Of a stretch of DNA of 64,000 nt, positions 46,211-55,533 are shown piece by piece. The stretch is taken from positions 1-64,000 of the IMG/VR virus record IMGVR_UViG_3300036790_000396; one strand, written 5' to 3'. The position numbers and the translations under genes were made by a program. Every line of letters begins with the position of its first letter. Position 1 is the first letter of the stretch. Source of the stretch: a virus. The notes below the pieces were generated by a model, which saw only the letters and a list, made by a program, of their open reading frames with translations, had not been told where the DNA came from and made no database searches.

Positions 46211-46253
46211 CGCGCGGGAGCCCGTCCATGGGTGCGGGCTCCCGCGCTTTTTC
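46211..46253 (+). terminator. Intrinsic terminator between ssb and dnaE
   Basis: GCGCGGGAGCCCG...CGGGCTCCCGCGC followed by TTTTT. Confidence 0.8.
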
Positions 46254-46269
46254 ATGAAAAGGGACTTTC

Positions 46270-49200
46270 ATGGCTTTTGCACATATTCATACGCACAGTG
46301 AGTACTGTGTAGCACCTGAGACCAAGATAGCGCTTGCTTCTCTTTCATGGAAGAAAGCGAGTGACATAGAAGTAGGAGAAGAAATCGTTGGATTTGACGA
46401 AGATCTTCGCCCTCTGGAGGGAGAAAAAGGTAATAGTCGATCAAAGATGCGTCGAGCTGTAGTCACCGGAAAAAAATCTGTTTTCCGCGAATGCTGGCGC
46501 ATATCTCTGGAGGACGGAACTGAAATAGTAGCTTCCAGTCTCCATGGATGGATATCTAACGGAACTACCAAGGGCTCTCTCGTGCGCCCAGGCGGCCCCA
46601 AGGGCGGCTATGGTACCAATACGCGTCGCTGGGTAATGACTCAGGACCTTACTCCGGGCAAAAGCCGTCTTATCAAGTGGGCATCCCCATGGGGAGATCT
46701 TCCGTCGGATCTTGCTCATGACGCGGGCTGGCTAGCAGGAATCGCAGATGGAGAAGCATGGCTGAACGGAGGCCAGTTTTCTTTTGCCCAGAATCCTGGA
46801 GTCGTGCTTGATCGCATCAAGGCGACATGTGAAAAGCTGGGATACGGGATCACTGCTGATCGTGCGCAATGGTCTGCTTCTCCTACGGACTGCCGTACGT
46901 TCCGGCTGAACGGATACGAGACTGTCCTGCGCTTTCTTTCTCAGTGCCGTCCTTCCCGGTTCATTGGCCGGTCCGACGAGGTATGGGCTGGCCGGCGAGC
47001 GGGGAGCAGGAACACTCGCCCTGTGCTGGTTTCTTCTCTAGAATACATAGGAGAAGCCGAGACTATAGCACTGGAAACTTCCACTGGGACTCTGGTAGCA
47101 GAAGGATTTCTCAGCCATAACTCCCCGATGGACGGTCTTTCCCGCTGCCGGGAGATCGCGGCCCGCGCGGCAGCCGACGGCCATGCTCACACCGCGATCA
47201 CCGATCATGGTAATTGCTCAGGGCACCCCGACTTCCAGCGGGCCTGCGACGAGTACGGCATCTCCCCCGTGTTCGGCATGGAGGGGTACTTCATCGCCGA
47301 CCGGACGGAGCAGCCCGGCCCGGGCGACAAGGAGGCCCAGAAGCGGCGCCGCTCCTACGCCCACCTGATTCTCCTCGCCCGTGACAACGCCGGGCTCCGC
47401 AACCTCTACTCCCTGTCCAGCGAGGCGTACACCAGCGGCTTCTACGCGAAGCCGTGCCTGGACTGGGAGCTGCTGGAAAAGTACGGCGCGGGCCTCACCG
47501 CCACCACCGCGTGCTTGGGCGGCATCATCAGCAAGCCGCTCCTCGCCGGGGACTGGGACACCGCCGCCGCCACGCTGCGGCGCATGCGCGGCATCTTCGG
47601 CGAGAACTTCTACCTCGAAGTGCAGCCCAACCTGATCCCCGAGCAGCAGCGCCTGAACATGCTGCTGAAGGAGGTCTCCGCTTCCTCCGGAATCCCCCTC
47701 GCCGCCGCCTCCGACGCGCATTACCCGTCCCCTGCCGAGGAGTCATTGCACCGCACCTGGATGGCCTGCCAGACCGGTACCGGCAACGACGATTACTGGC
47801 AGATGGATCCCATGCACGACGAGGCAGTCGTCCGCGACCGCCTCTCGCGTGCCCTCGGCCCCGATGCCGCCCGGCAGGCATGCGATAACACCGTCCGCAT
47901 CGCGGAGCAGTGCACCGCCAGGATCGGCGGCGAGATCGTGCCCCCGGTGTTCTCGTCCTCCTACGAGGAGGACAGCCGCGCCCTGTACCAGCGGGCCAGT
48001 GACGCGCTTGCTGACCGCCATTCCGCCGGGCTGCTGGCCGGCGGCAGCCTGGACGACTACGCGCGCCGGCTCGGCGAGGAGTTCTGCCTCGTCCGCGACA
48101 AGCGGCTGTCCGGCTGCTACCTGATGGTGGAGGACATCACCACCTGGGCGCGGGGCGAGGGCATCCTCGTGGGTCCCGGCCGCGGATCGGCCGCCGGATC
48201 CCTCATGTCGTGGCTGCTGGACATTACCGTGTCCGACCCGATCGACGCGGGCCTGATGTTCTCCCGGTTCCTCACCCCGGGCCGCGTGAGCCTCCCCGAC
48301 TTCGACCTGGACTTCCCCAGCTCCCAGCGCGGGAAGATCCAGGACCGGGTCATCGGCAAGTACGGCGCGGACAGCGTGGTCCGCGTCGGCACCCACATGC
48401 GCTACCGCGCCAAGTCGGTCCTGGACAAGCTCGCCGGCGTCGCCGTCAGCCGCGGCGAGCTGCCCGCCGAGGCCAGGACCGACATGAAGGCCGTCAGCGC
48501 CCTGATCGAGGAAGCCGAGTCTCACACCGCCGGCCTGGGCCTGCCGTGGGATGACCTGATGAGCCAGCTCTCGGACGGGCTGGAGCCGTACGTGCAGAAG
48601 TACCCGGAGATCTTCTCCACCGCCGCCGTGCTCGTCGGGCGCGTCCGCGGGTACGGCACGCACCCCGCCGGCCTGGTCATCTCCACCGGCCAGCCGCTGG
48701 AGGGCACGCTCCCCATGCGGATCGCCTCCGCCCAGGACCGGACCGTCGTCTCCCAGTGGGACTTCCGGGACATGGAGGCCCAGGGGCTCCTCAAGCTCGA
48801 CTTCCTCACCCTCCGCACGCTGGACAGCATCCAGGAGGCCGTCCGGCTGATCGGGCAGCGCACCGGTCACCGCCCGGACCCCTCACGGTGGACTGCCGAG
48901 TACCGGGACCCGCAGGTGTGGGAGGAGATCGGCACCGGCCGCACCCTCGGCATGTTCCAGGTGGAGACGAGCCTGGGTGCCCGGTTCTGCGGGGACATGA
49001 AGCCCCGCAGCATCGCGGAGCTGGCCCACCTCGTCGCCCTCGTCCGCCCCGGCCCGCGCAACTCCGGGATGGACCAGGCGTACCTGCGCCGCCGCGCCGG
49101 GAAGGAGGAGGTGCAGTACCCCCACCCGGCACTGGAGGACCGGCTGCGCGGCCAGCAGGGCATCATGATCTTCCAGGAGGACATCCTCTACGCCTGCACC

Positions 49201-50484
49201 GAGCTGGCCGGCTACGACGGCGCCGAGGCCGACGGCGTCCGCAAGATCCTCGGCAAGAAACTCACCGCGAAGATCGCCGCCGCCGGGGAGGAGTTTGCCA
49301 GGCGCTGCGAGGAAAACGGACATATCTCCCGTAAAGAGGCAGAAGACATATGGGAGACAATGGCGACCTTCGGGAAATACGGTTTCAACGCAAGCCATGC
49401 TTTTTCCTATTCTGTTCTTGCATTCTGGACGGGATGGCTTAAATCGCATTATCCCGCCGAAACGCTGGCCGCGATCTGCACCACCCTGTCCGAGAAGGAG
49501 AAGGACCGTATCGGCCTGTACGTGAACGAGGCGCGCCGCCTGGGCATCGACGTGCGCCCCCCCGACGTGAACCACCACGCCCGCGGGTTCGCCGTCGAGT
49601 GGCCCCGCGACGGGGAGGAGTCCCGCCCCTCGGTCCGCTACGGGCTCGACGCCATCACCGGCGTCGGCGACAGCGCCCTGAAGGCCCTCGCCGCCGGCGC
49701 CCCGTTCGCGAGCTGGGACGCGGTCCGCGGCACCGTCAACTCCGGCGTGCTGCGCGCCCTCGTCACCGGGGGCGCCCTCGATGCCCTCGTGCCGTCCCGC
49801 CGTGCCCTCGCCGAGCACCTCGACGCCGACCGGGCCGGCGACCTCGTCCGCTGCGTCCACAAGGACGAGACCGTCTCCGGTCCCAACGGGCTGCCCTGTA
49901 CCTATGAGTGGGACAAGGAGCCGGTGATCGAGCGCCTCAGCGAGAGGACGGGCCGCAGGCTGCAGCCCCTGATCAAGCCCCCCCCGGCCCGCTGCACGCG
50001 CTCCTGCCGCCGTTACCAGCCCCCGGACCTGTCCGGCCTCGACGGATCCCTGTCCTACGCCCCGGACGTGCTGTGGCGCCTGGAGACGGGGCTGTTCGGC
50101 ACGTGGCTGTCCCCGGACGCCTTCACCGCGCTCGACGCCCGGCTGCCCGGTGCCTCCAGGCTGGGCGCCGAGCTGACCGACATGTGGGACGATCTCCCGG
50201 CCGGCATCTACCAGGTTCCCGCGGTCTTCCAGGGACTGCGCGAGACGGTCACGAAGGCCGGGAACACGATGGGCTGGCTCACTCTCGCTTCCGTGACAGG
50301 GATTATTGATATAAGCTGCTTCCGGCCGCGTGATCCCGGCGAACCCGACCTGCTTGCCGTCGCCGGGCGCATCCGGCCCGGTACCCCCGTCGCGGTCCTT
50401 GCCGAGCGGTCCCGGTACCGTACCTCCTCCGGCTGGCGCACGTCAGGCCGGCTGCGCGACATCAGGAGCATCAGTGCCCGCTAA
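46270..50484 (+). CDS. dnaE: DNA polymerase III alpha subunit (intein-containing)
   Basis: PHP HIHTHSEY/S, AITDHG, GPGRGSAAGSL, PDFDLDF, HPAGLVI, KLDFLTL, YGFNASHA. Confidence 0.96.
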   Translation: MAFAHIHTHSEYCVAPETKIALASLSWKKASDIEVGEEIVGFDEDLRPLEGEKGNSRSKMRRAVVTGKKSVFRECWRISLEDGTEIVASSLHGWISNGTTKGSLVRPGGPKGGYGTNTRRWVMTQDLTPGKSRLIKWASPWGDLPSDLAHDAGWLAGIADGEAWLNGGQFSFAQNPGVVLDRIKATCEKLGYGITADRAQWSASPTDCRTFRLNGYETVLRFLSQCRPSRFIGRSDEVWAGRRAGSRNTRPVLVSSLEYIGEAETIALETSTGTLVAEGFLSHNSPMDGLSRCREIAARAAADGHAHTAITDHGNCSGHPDFQRACDEYGISPVFGMEGYFIADRTEQPGPGDKEAQKRRRSYAHLILLARDNAGLRNLYSLSSEAYTSGFYAKPCLDWELLEKYGAGLTATTACLGGIISKPLLAGDWDTAAATLRRMRGIFGENFYLEVQPNLIPEQQRLNMLLKEVSASSGIPLAAASDAHYPSPAEESLHRTWMACQTGTGNDDYWQMDPMHDEAVVRDRLSRALGPDAARQACDNTVRIAEQCTARIGGEIVPPVFSSSYEEDSRALYQRASDALADRHSAGLLAGGSLDDYARRLGEEFCLVRDKRLSGCYLMVEDITTWARGEGILVGPGRGSAAGSLMSWLLDITVSDPIDAGLMFSRFLTPGRVSLPDFDLDFPSSQRGKIQDRVIGKYGADSVVRVGTHMRYRAKSVLDKLAGVAVSRGELPAEARTDMKAVSALIEEAESHTAGLGLPWDDLMSQLSDGLEPYVQKYPEIFSTAAVLVGRVRGYGTHPAGLVISTGQPLEGTLPMRIASAQDRTVVSQWDFRDMEAQGLLKLDFLTLRTLDSIQEAVRLIGQRTGHRPDPSRWTAEYRDPQVWEEIGTGRTLGMFQVETSLGARFCGDMKPRSIAELAHLVALVRPGPRNSGMDQAYLRRRAGKEEVQYPHPALEDRLRGQQGIMIFQEDILYACTELAGYDGAEADGVRKILGKKLTAKIAAAGEEFARRCEENGHISRKEAEDIWETMATFGKYGFNASHAFSYSVLAFWTGWLKSHYPAETLAAICTTLSEKEKDRIGLYVNEARRLGIDVRPPDVNHHARGFAVEWPRDGEESRPSVRYGLDAITGVGDSALKALAAGAPFASWDAVRGTVNSGVLRALVTGGALDALVPSRRALAEHLDADRAGDLVRCVHKDETVSGPNGLPCTYEWDKEPVIERLSERTGRRLQPLIKPPPARCTRSCRRYQPPDLSGLDGSLSYAPDVLWRLETGLFGTWLSPDAFTALDARLPGASRLGAELTDMWDDLPAGIYQVPAVFQGLRETVTKAGNTMGWLTLASVTGIIDISCFRPRDPGEPDLLAVAGRIRPGTPVAVLAERSRYRTSSGWRTSGRLRDIRSISAR
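46306..47121 (+). mobile_element. Intein in the DnaE PHP domain (272 aa, LAGLIDADG-type)
   Basis: HSEY|CVAPETKI...WLAGIADGE...EGFLSHN|SPMDG; lower GC. Confidence 0.92.
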
Positions 50485-52516
50485 GCCCAGGCAGACCCCC
50501 CTGGAGAAGTTCCAGGAGGAGACCGACAAGCGCTACTCGGCCCAGGTCAAGGCTCCCGACGCCACCGCCGCGCGCTATGACGTGATCAGCACGGGCGTGT
50601 GGTCCCTGGACCGGGCGCTCATTCACGGCGGCTGGATCCGCGGCCGGATCCACGAGCTGGTCGGCCCCCCGGACAGCGGGAAAGGCCATCCTCTCGGCAC
50701 GAGGATCATGACTCCCTCCGGATGGGAGAAGCTGGGCAATCTCCGTCCTGGAGATGAAGCATCAGGATCAGACGGGAAGCCCACCCGGATATCTGATGTT
50801 TACAAGCGCGGCGTGCTGCCGGTGTACCGGGTCACCTTTTCGGATGGGGCGTCCGTACGGTGCGACGGTGATCATCTGTGGCGCGTGCAGACTCCCAAGA
50901 TGAAGAACACTTCCGGTGGCTCCTACGTGAAGTCCGTCAGGGATATTGCTTCCGGGTCTCTGCTCACTTCTGACGGCAGGAAGAAATGGTGGATCCCGGT
51001 CTGCTCCCCGGTATGGCATCCTCAGTCAGAGCTTCCCGTAGATTCTTACCTGGCCGGAGTTCTCCTGGGAAACGGTGGCTTCACGAGCAGAGGCTCTCTC
51101 GCTCTGCACTGGGATGACAGGAACATAATAGAGAGGATCGAGAGGAGGACTGGCCTGCGCGCTTCTGAATATAACCCTACTACTGCTCTCCGCTTCTACT
51201 TCCCGGGGAGTCCGTCGATGATAAGGAAACTCGGGCAGGAAGGGTGCAAGAGCGCTGATAAATTCATTCCTGAAGAATATCTTCGCGCTTCTGAACAGGA
51301 CAGGCGAGATCTCCTTGCCGGCCTGATGGACACGGACGGATCAGTTGTTCCTATTTCTAGCAACTCCGCCGGAAACGCTAGCTTCAGCTCTACGAGCCGC
51401 GATCTGGCAGAAGGCGTAATAGAAATAGTAAGGTCTCTCGGAGGAATATCCAGGATATACGAGAATACCTACGGAGACAGGGAAAACATTCTCTACGAAG
51501 TGTCTGTTCTTCTCCCTGAATGCCCTTTCTACTCTCCCCGCAAGGCTGAGAAATGGACGCCTCCCAAGCGCGGGATATCACGGGCCATCACGTCCGTCGA
51601 GCTTGAGTCTGAAGAGGAGGTCTGGTGCATCCGGGTAGAAGCAGATGATTCCCTTTACATTACTGAGGATTACCTGGTCACGCATAACACCACTCTCATG
51701 ATCAGCACCGCCGTGCAGGCCCAGGCCCTGAAGGACGGCCGGGCCGGGTACGTCGACATGGAGGGCACCTTCGATGACTTCTGGGCCCAGCAGAACGGCC
51801 TGGACCTGTCCCGGGGCAAGTGGGAGCACCAGTACCCCATGGACAGCGAGGACGCCTCGGACATGGCCCGCAAGCTCACCGGCAGCGGCCTGTTCCCCCT
51901 CGTCATCGTCGACTCGGTCGGTGGCATGGAATCCCGCAAGGCCCTCGCCCGCGACGCTGCCGACGACCTGGTCGGGAAGAACGCCCAGGTCATCAGCCGG
52001 ATGGTCAAGCACCTCGCCGCGCTGGCCCGCGAGGCGAACACTGCCGTGATCCTCGTCAACCAGCCGCGCTCCGCGATCGGCTCCATGGGCGGCGACGTCT
52101 CCGCCGGCCCGAAGGCGATGCAGCATTCCACCACCACCCGCGTCCAGATGGCGCGCTCCGGCGGTGGCGAGGGCTACGTGCAGATGGTGCTGGAGGAGGG
52201 CGAGAAGCCGGAGACCGTCTCCCAGGAGTTCACGGCCCGCATCACCCGGTCCAAGGCGTTCCCGGTCTCGCGCCGGGCCACGTTCTGGGTCAACAGGATG
52301 GACACCGGCGAGTACGGGCCCGCGGGCATCAACCACGTCCACGACTATGCCGAGACGGGCATCAAGGCGAAGGTGATCACCCAGTCGGGCTCGTTCTACA
52401 CGCTGCCCGGCGGCGGCAAGGTACAGGGGCGCAAGGCGGTCACCGAGCGCCTGCGCGACGACGAGAAAGAGCGCGCCCTGGTGCGCAGGCTGATCCTGGA
52501 GGCATCCAAGCTGTGA
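50474..52516 (+). CDS. recA: RecA-like recombinase (intein-containing)
   Basis: ISTGVWSLDRAL..GRIHELVGPPDSGK|TT, YVDMEG, IVDSVG, ILVNQ. Confidence 0.93.
   Translation: MPAKPRQTPLEKFQEETDKRYSAQVKAPDATAARYDVISTGVWSLDRALIHGGWIRGRIHELVGPPDSGKGHPLGTRIMTPSGWEKLGNLRPGDEASGSDGKPTRISDVYKRGVLPVYRVTFSDGASVRCDGDHLWRVQTPKMKNTSGGSYVKSVRDIASGSLLTSDGRKKWWIPVCSPVWHPQSELPVDSYLAGVLLGNGGFTSRGSLALHWDDRNIIERIERRTGLRASEYNPTTALRFYFPGSPSMIRKLGQEGCKSADKFIPEEYLRASEQDRRDLLAGLMDTDGSVVPISSNSAGNASFSSTSRDLAEGVIEIVRSLGGISRIYENTYGDRENILYEVSVLLPECPFYSPRKAEKWTPPKRGISRAITSVELESEEEVWCIRVEADDSLYITEDYLVTHNTTLMISTAVQAQALKDGRAGYVDMEGTFDDFWAQQNGLDLSRGKWEHQYPMDSEDASDMARKLTGSGLFPLVIVDSVGGMESRKALARDAADDLVGKNAQVISRMVKHLAALAREANTAVILVNQPRSAIGSMGGDVSAGPKAMQHSTTTRVQMARSGGGEGYVQMVLEEGEKPETVSQEFTARITRSKAFPVSRRATFWVNRMDTGEYGPAGINHVHDYAETGIKAKVITQSGSFYTLPGGGKVQGRKAVTERLRDDEKERALVRRLILEASKL
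50684..51688 (+). mobile_element. Class 3 intein in the RecA P-loop (335 aa, starts with Gly)
   Basis: GK|GHPLGTRIMTP...CDGDHLW...LLAGLMDTDG...VWCIRV...YLVTHN|TT; WCT triplet present. Confidence 0.92.
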
Positions 52517-53628
52517 CTGCAGACCGTACCAAAATGTCGAGAATGCACGAGGAGCATGTCTCCGAGCGCCTGGGAGGAAGCCGCCACAAGGGCAGCGGCA
52601 ACCAGTGGAACAGCCCCGGCGACGGCAGCGCCTCGGCCATGAAGCATCCCTACGGGTTCAACGTCGAGTGCAAGGCCACTTCCGGCAAGGCCGTCCCGAT
52701 GACCCGCGAGCTGGTGGAGAAGATCACCGAGGAGGCCAGCGGCGGCGACCGCCCGGCGATGGCGTTCCGCTGGTACGCGGACGAGTCGCTGCGCACCGTC
52801 GACCATGAGTGGTTCGCCCTCTCCTTCGAGGACTTCCTGGAGATCCTCCACGACGCCGGGCAGGCACAGCTGCTTGCCGGCCAGGTGACGGCCATGCAGG
52901 GCGAGCTGCAGGCCCTCCGGGCAGGGCAGGAATCTTCCCGGGCGCAGAGCGCCCGGGAGGTGATCACGAGCCTGCAGTCCGATCTTCGCGACCGCACGGC
53001 CGAGGTGCAGGATCTGCGCCGCCTGGCCGGGGAACACCAGTGCCCTCCTGCTGAGCAGGAATACCCGCGGCACGAGGGAGACATCACCGTCCTCGGCCCG
53101 GAGATCTTCGCTGACGCCGCGGGCGGCGTCATCGCGTGGAAGGGCGAGAACTATACCCGGCAGGCGGCTCCCGCGCCTCCCTCCGTCCCGGGGGACGGCA
53201 CGCGCTTGCTGCTGGACGAGATCCGCGCTCTCCAGGAGCGCGGGGATGCGTACGCGAGCCAGATCATAGCCCTGGAGGAGCAGCTAAGCGCCCTGGCGCT
53301 CCGCGCAGCCGTCGCCGAGCGCGGTCCTGCCGCCCCGCAGTCCGTGGCCGCGCCGAGCAGCGCCCTCCTGGAGATGCGGGAGGTGTTCGAGCCTTCTCCG
53401 CAGCTGTACCCCTGGACGGTGATCGACTTGCGCAATGGCGTTCACGCCGCCGAGCATGTCCTCCGCGCCTGGCACGTGGACGCCCGCGGCGAGGTGAGCC
53501 GGCTGGAGGCGCGCACGGTGCGGATCGATTCCGTCTCCGGCGGCAGCCGCCTGATGCTCAACGACGAGATAGTGCACCGCGGCACGCTGCTCGTCAACGG
53601 GCGCGTCTACTACCCGGTGCCGGCCTGA
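52513..53628 (+). CDS. Holliday-junction-resolvase-like PD-(D/E)XK nuclease with coiled-coil extension
   Basis: HE..V..RLGG.RHKGSGN..PGDG..VECKAT. Confidence 0.7.
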   Translation: MTADRTKMSRMHEEHVSERLGGSRHKGSGNQWNSPGDGSASAMKHPYGFNVECKATSGKAVPMTRELVEKITEEASGGDRPAMAFRWYADESLRTVDHEWFALSFEDFLEILHDAGQAQLLAGQVTAMQGELQALRAGQESSRAQSAREVITSLQSDLRDRTAEVQDLRRLAGEHQCPPAEQEYPRHEGDITVLGPEIFADAAGGVIAWKGENYTRQAAPAPPSVPGDGTRLLLDEIRALQERGDAYASQIIALEEQLSALALRAAVAERGPAAPQSVAAPSSALLEMREVFEPSPQLYPWTVIDLRNGVHAAEHVLRAWHVDARGEVSRLEARTVRIDSVSGGSRLMLNDEIVHRGTLLVNGRVYYPVPA

Positions 53629-54404
53629 TGCCGTCCTTCTCCAGGCCGCCGGACCTGGGCGCGGCAGGCTGCCTCGTCAAGCCGGTCCTCATGGCGTTCA
53701 TGTGCTCCGACCAGGCCGCCGAGCTGAAGGTACGCGCCGGGAAACCGGTCGAGCGCGCTCCGGACCGGTGGTTCCACTGCAGCACCCACGCGGTGATGCC
53801 CGAGGACAGGCTCGTCGCCTACCTCCGGCAGCCGGCGGAGACGCCCCCGGCCTCGCGGGACTATCCCCTGTCGATGTCGTTCGCGATGGGCACGATCATG
53901 GGGGACGTCGCCCGCCAGGTCCTGGAGAAGACCGGCTTCGCGATCGTGCCGTCCCGGGAGCCCTGCGATGTCTGCGGCCAGCAGCGCCCGAAGTGCCGCG
54001 AGCACGCGGCCAGCCAGCCGGAGCTGCGCTCCCGCGGCCACCTGGACAGCATCCTCAACTTCACCGGGCTGCCGACGGAGGGAATGCCGCGCACTGTCGC
54101 CGGGATGAATGAAGCGGGTATTATGTCCCTTCTACACGGTTATGATCACAAAACTGCCAACCCGATGACGCTGCGGGAGCTGCCCGAGATGGACGAGGAG
54201 GCGTTCAAGGCGAAGTACCCGAAGTACTGGTGGCAGTTCCAGGAGTACATGCGGCTGACCGGGCTGCGGAAGTACATCTGCCTCATCCAGGCCCTGGGCA
54301 GCCCGTGGACGGTGAAGGAGTACCACATCCCCTTCGACCCGGACGCTGCCGCCGACATCGAGCGCCGCTACAAGGGAGCCCTGGTGGCCTGTGGACTTGC
54401 CTGA
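53628..54404 (+). CDS. PD-(D/E)XK (Cas4/RecB-like) exonuclease
   Basis: FHCS..GTIM..RGHLD..YDHKT..QFQEYM. Confidence 0.7.
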   Translation: MPSFSRPPDLGAAGCLVKPVLMAFMCSDQAAELKVRAGKPVERAPDRWFHCSTHAVMPEDRLVAYLRQPAETPPASRDYPLSMSFAMGTIMGDVARQVLEKTGFAIVPSREPCDVCGQQRPKCREHAASQPELRSRGHLDSILNFTGLPTEGMPRTVAGMNEAGIMSLLHGYDHKTANPMTLRELPEMDEEAFKAKYPKYWWQFQEYMRLTGLRKYICLIQALGSPWTVKEYHIPFDPDAAADIERRYKGALVACGLA

Positions 54405-54669
54405 CCCGCGCAGCCCCGGTATCCCCCCGTCCGGAACCCCGGAGCACGCCTGGTGGAAGCGCGGGGCGCAGGACGAGGCCGCCGCCGTCAGCGACGGCAT
54501 CAGCGATGCCAGCCAGCAGGTGATCGAGTACGCGCGTGTTCTTGCGCGCGCCCGGCCCGAGTGGACTTCTGAGCGGCTCGCACAGGCAATCGTGGCTGTC
54601 TTCGCCCCGTCGCTGCTGCGCCGGAGGTACCGCGCCCGTTCTTCCTGCCGCTGGCCCCGCCGTGGGTGA
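54391..54669 (+). CDS. Hypothetical protein
   Basis: Overlaps both neighbours in the operon. Confidence 0.55.
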   Translation: MDLPDPRSPGIPPSGTPEHAWWKRGAQDEAAAVSDGISDASQQVIEYARVLARARPEWTSERLAQAIVAVFAPSLLRRRYRARSSCRWPRRG

Positions 54670-55273
54670 ATGGGAGCAGGAGGTCCGCGGGCAGCTGGCT
54701 GCCGTGCCCGTGCCTGCGCCGTGGGAGCCGCCGCAGCTCGCGGACTTCCGCCGCGACCACGAGACGATCGCCTTCGACCCGTCGCTGTCCTCGACCGGAT
54801 GGGTGCACTTCTGCGTGACCGCCGCTGCCGGCCTCCAGGTCTACGGGCACGGCACCCTGCGCGCGTCCTCGGACCGAACTGGGTACTGGGGCACCTACGA
54901 CAAGGCCCTGCAGATCAGTGACCAGGCGCAGGACGCTCTCATCACCGCCGCGCAGAAGGCGCTGCGCAGGGGGCGCACGGCAGACCGGGTATGGGAGGCT
55001 CCCGCTGTCCGCGGGCACCGCACCGAGTCCAGCCTCATCGCCGGGTACGCCGTCTGGCAGGCGTCCGGGTGCCACGGCACGACCGTGAACGCCCAGCACG
55101 CCAGCCGGGTGCTGTGCGGCAACCCGCGCCATGACAAGAAAGAGATCGGCGCCGCCGTCGCCCGCTACGTGCCGGAGACGGCGCGGCGGCCGTGGACAGA
55201 GCACGAGAGAGACGCTTTCGCCGTCGGCCTGGCCTACCTCTGGGACCTGGAGCACCCTGGTAAGCTTTCCTAG
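54662..55273 (+). CDS. RuvC-like resolvase
   Basis: IAFDPSLSSTGW...VWEAP...GN...KKEI...HERDAFAVG. Confidence 0.8.
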   Translation: MGEWEQEVRGQLAAVPVPAPWEPPQLADFRRDHETIAFDPSLSSTGWVHFCVTAAAGLQVYGHGTLRASSDRTGYWGTYDKALQISDQAQDALITAAQKALRRGRTADRVWEAPAVRGHRTESSLIAGYAVWQASGCHGTTVNAQHASRVLCGNPRHDKKEIGAAVARYVPETARRPWTEHERDAFAVGLAYLWDLEHPGKLS

Positions 55274-55311
55274 GATTTATTGTTACACAAGAAAGAGGCA
55301 CTGTGGGAGCC

Positions 55312-55533
55312 GTGGAAAAGCGCATCGTCACCATCACCTGCGATACCCCGGGCTGCATCATGCAGTTCACTACCGAGGACGTCCCGTCCTCGTCTTTCCG
55401 CACCGCGCGCAGGCAGGCCGCCGCCCAGGGATGGACCTGGCTGCGCAGCCCGCGCGACGGCGTGTACGCCGACACGTGCCCGGTGCACGTCCTGCTCGCG
55501 GCCCAGGGCGCCCCGGACAGGGCGGCCTCCTGA
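55312..55533 (+). CDS. Small Zn-binding protein
   Basis: ITCDTPGC...GW...DTCPVH. Confidence 0.65.
   Translation: MEKRIVTITCDTPGCIMQFTTEDVPSSSFRTARRQAAAQGWTWLRSPRDGVYADTCPVHVLLAAQGAPDRAAS

Noticed and set aside
32407-54404. DinG plus Cas4-like nuclease as a type IV CRISPR system
   Set aside because: They are 19 kb apart, with no array or Cas7/Cas5-like genes; both are common phage repair genes.
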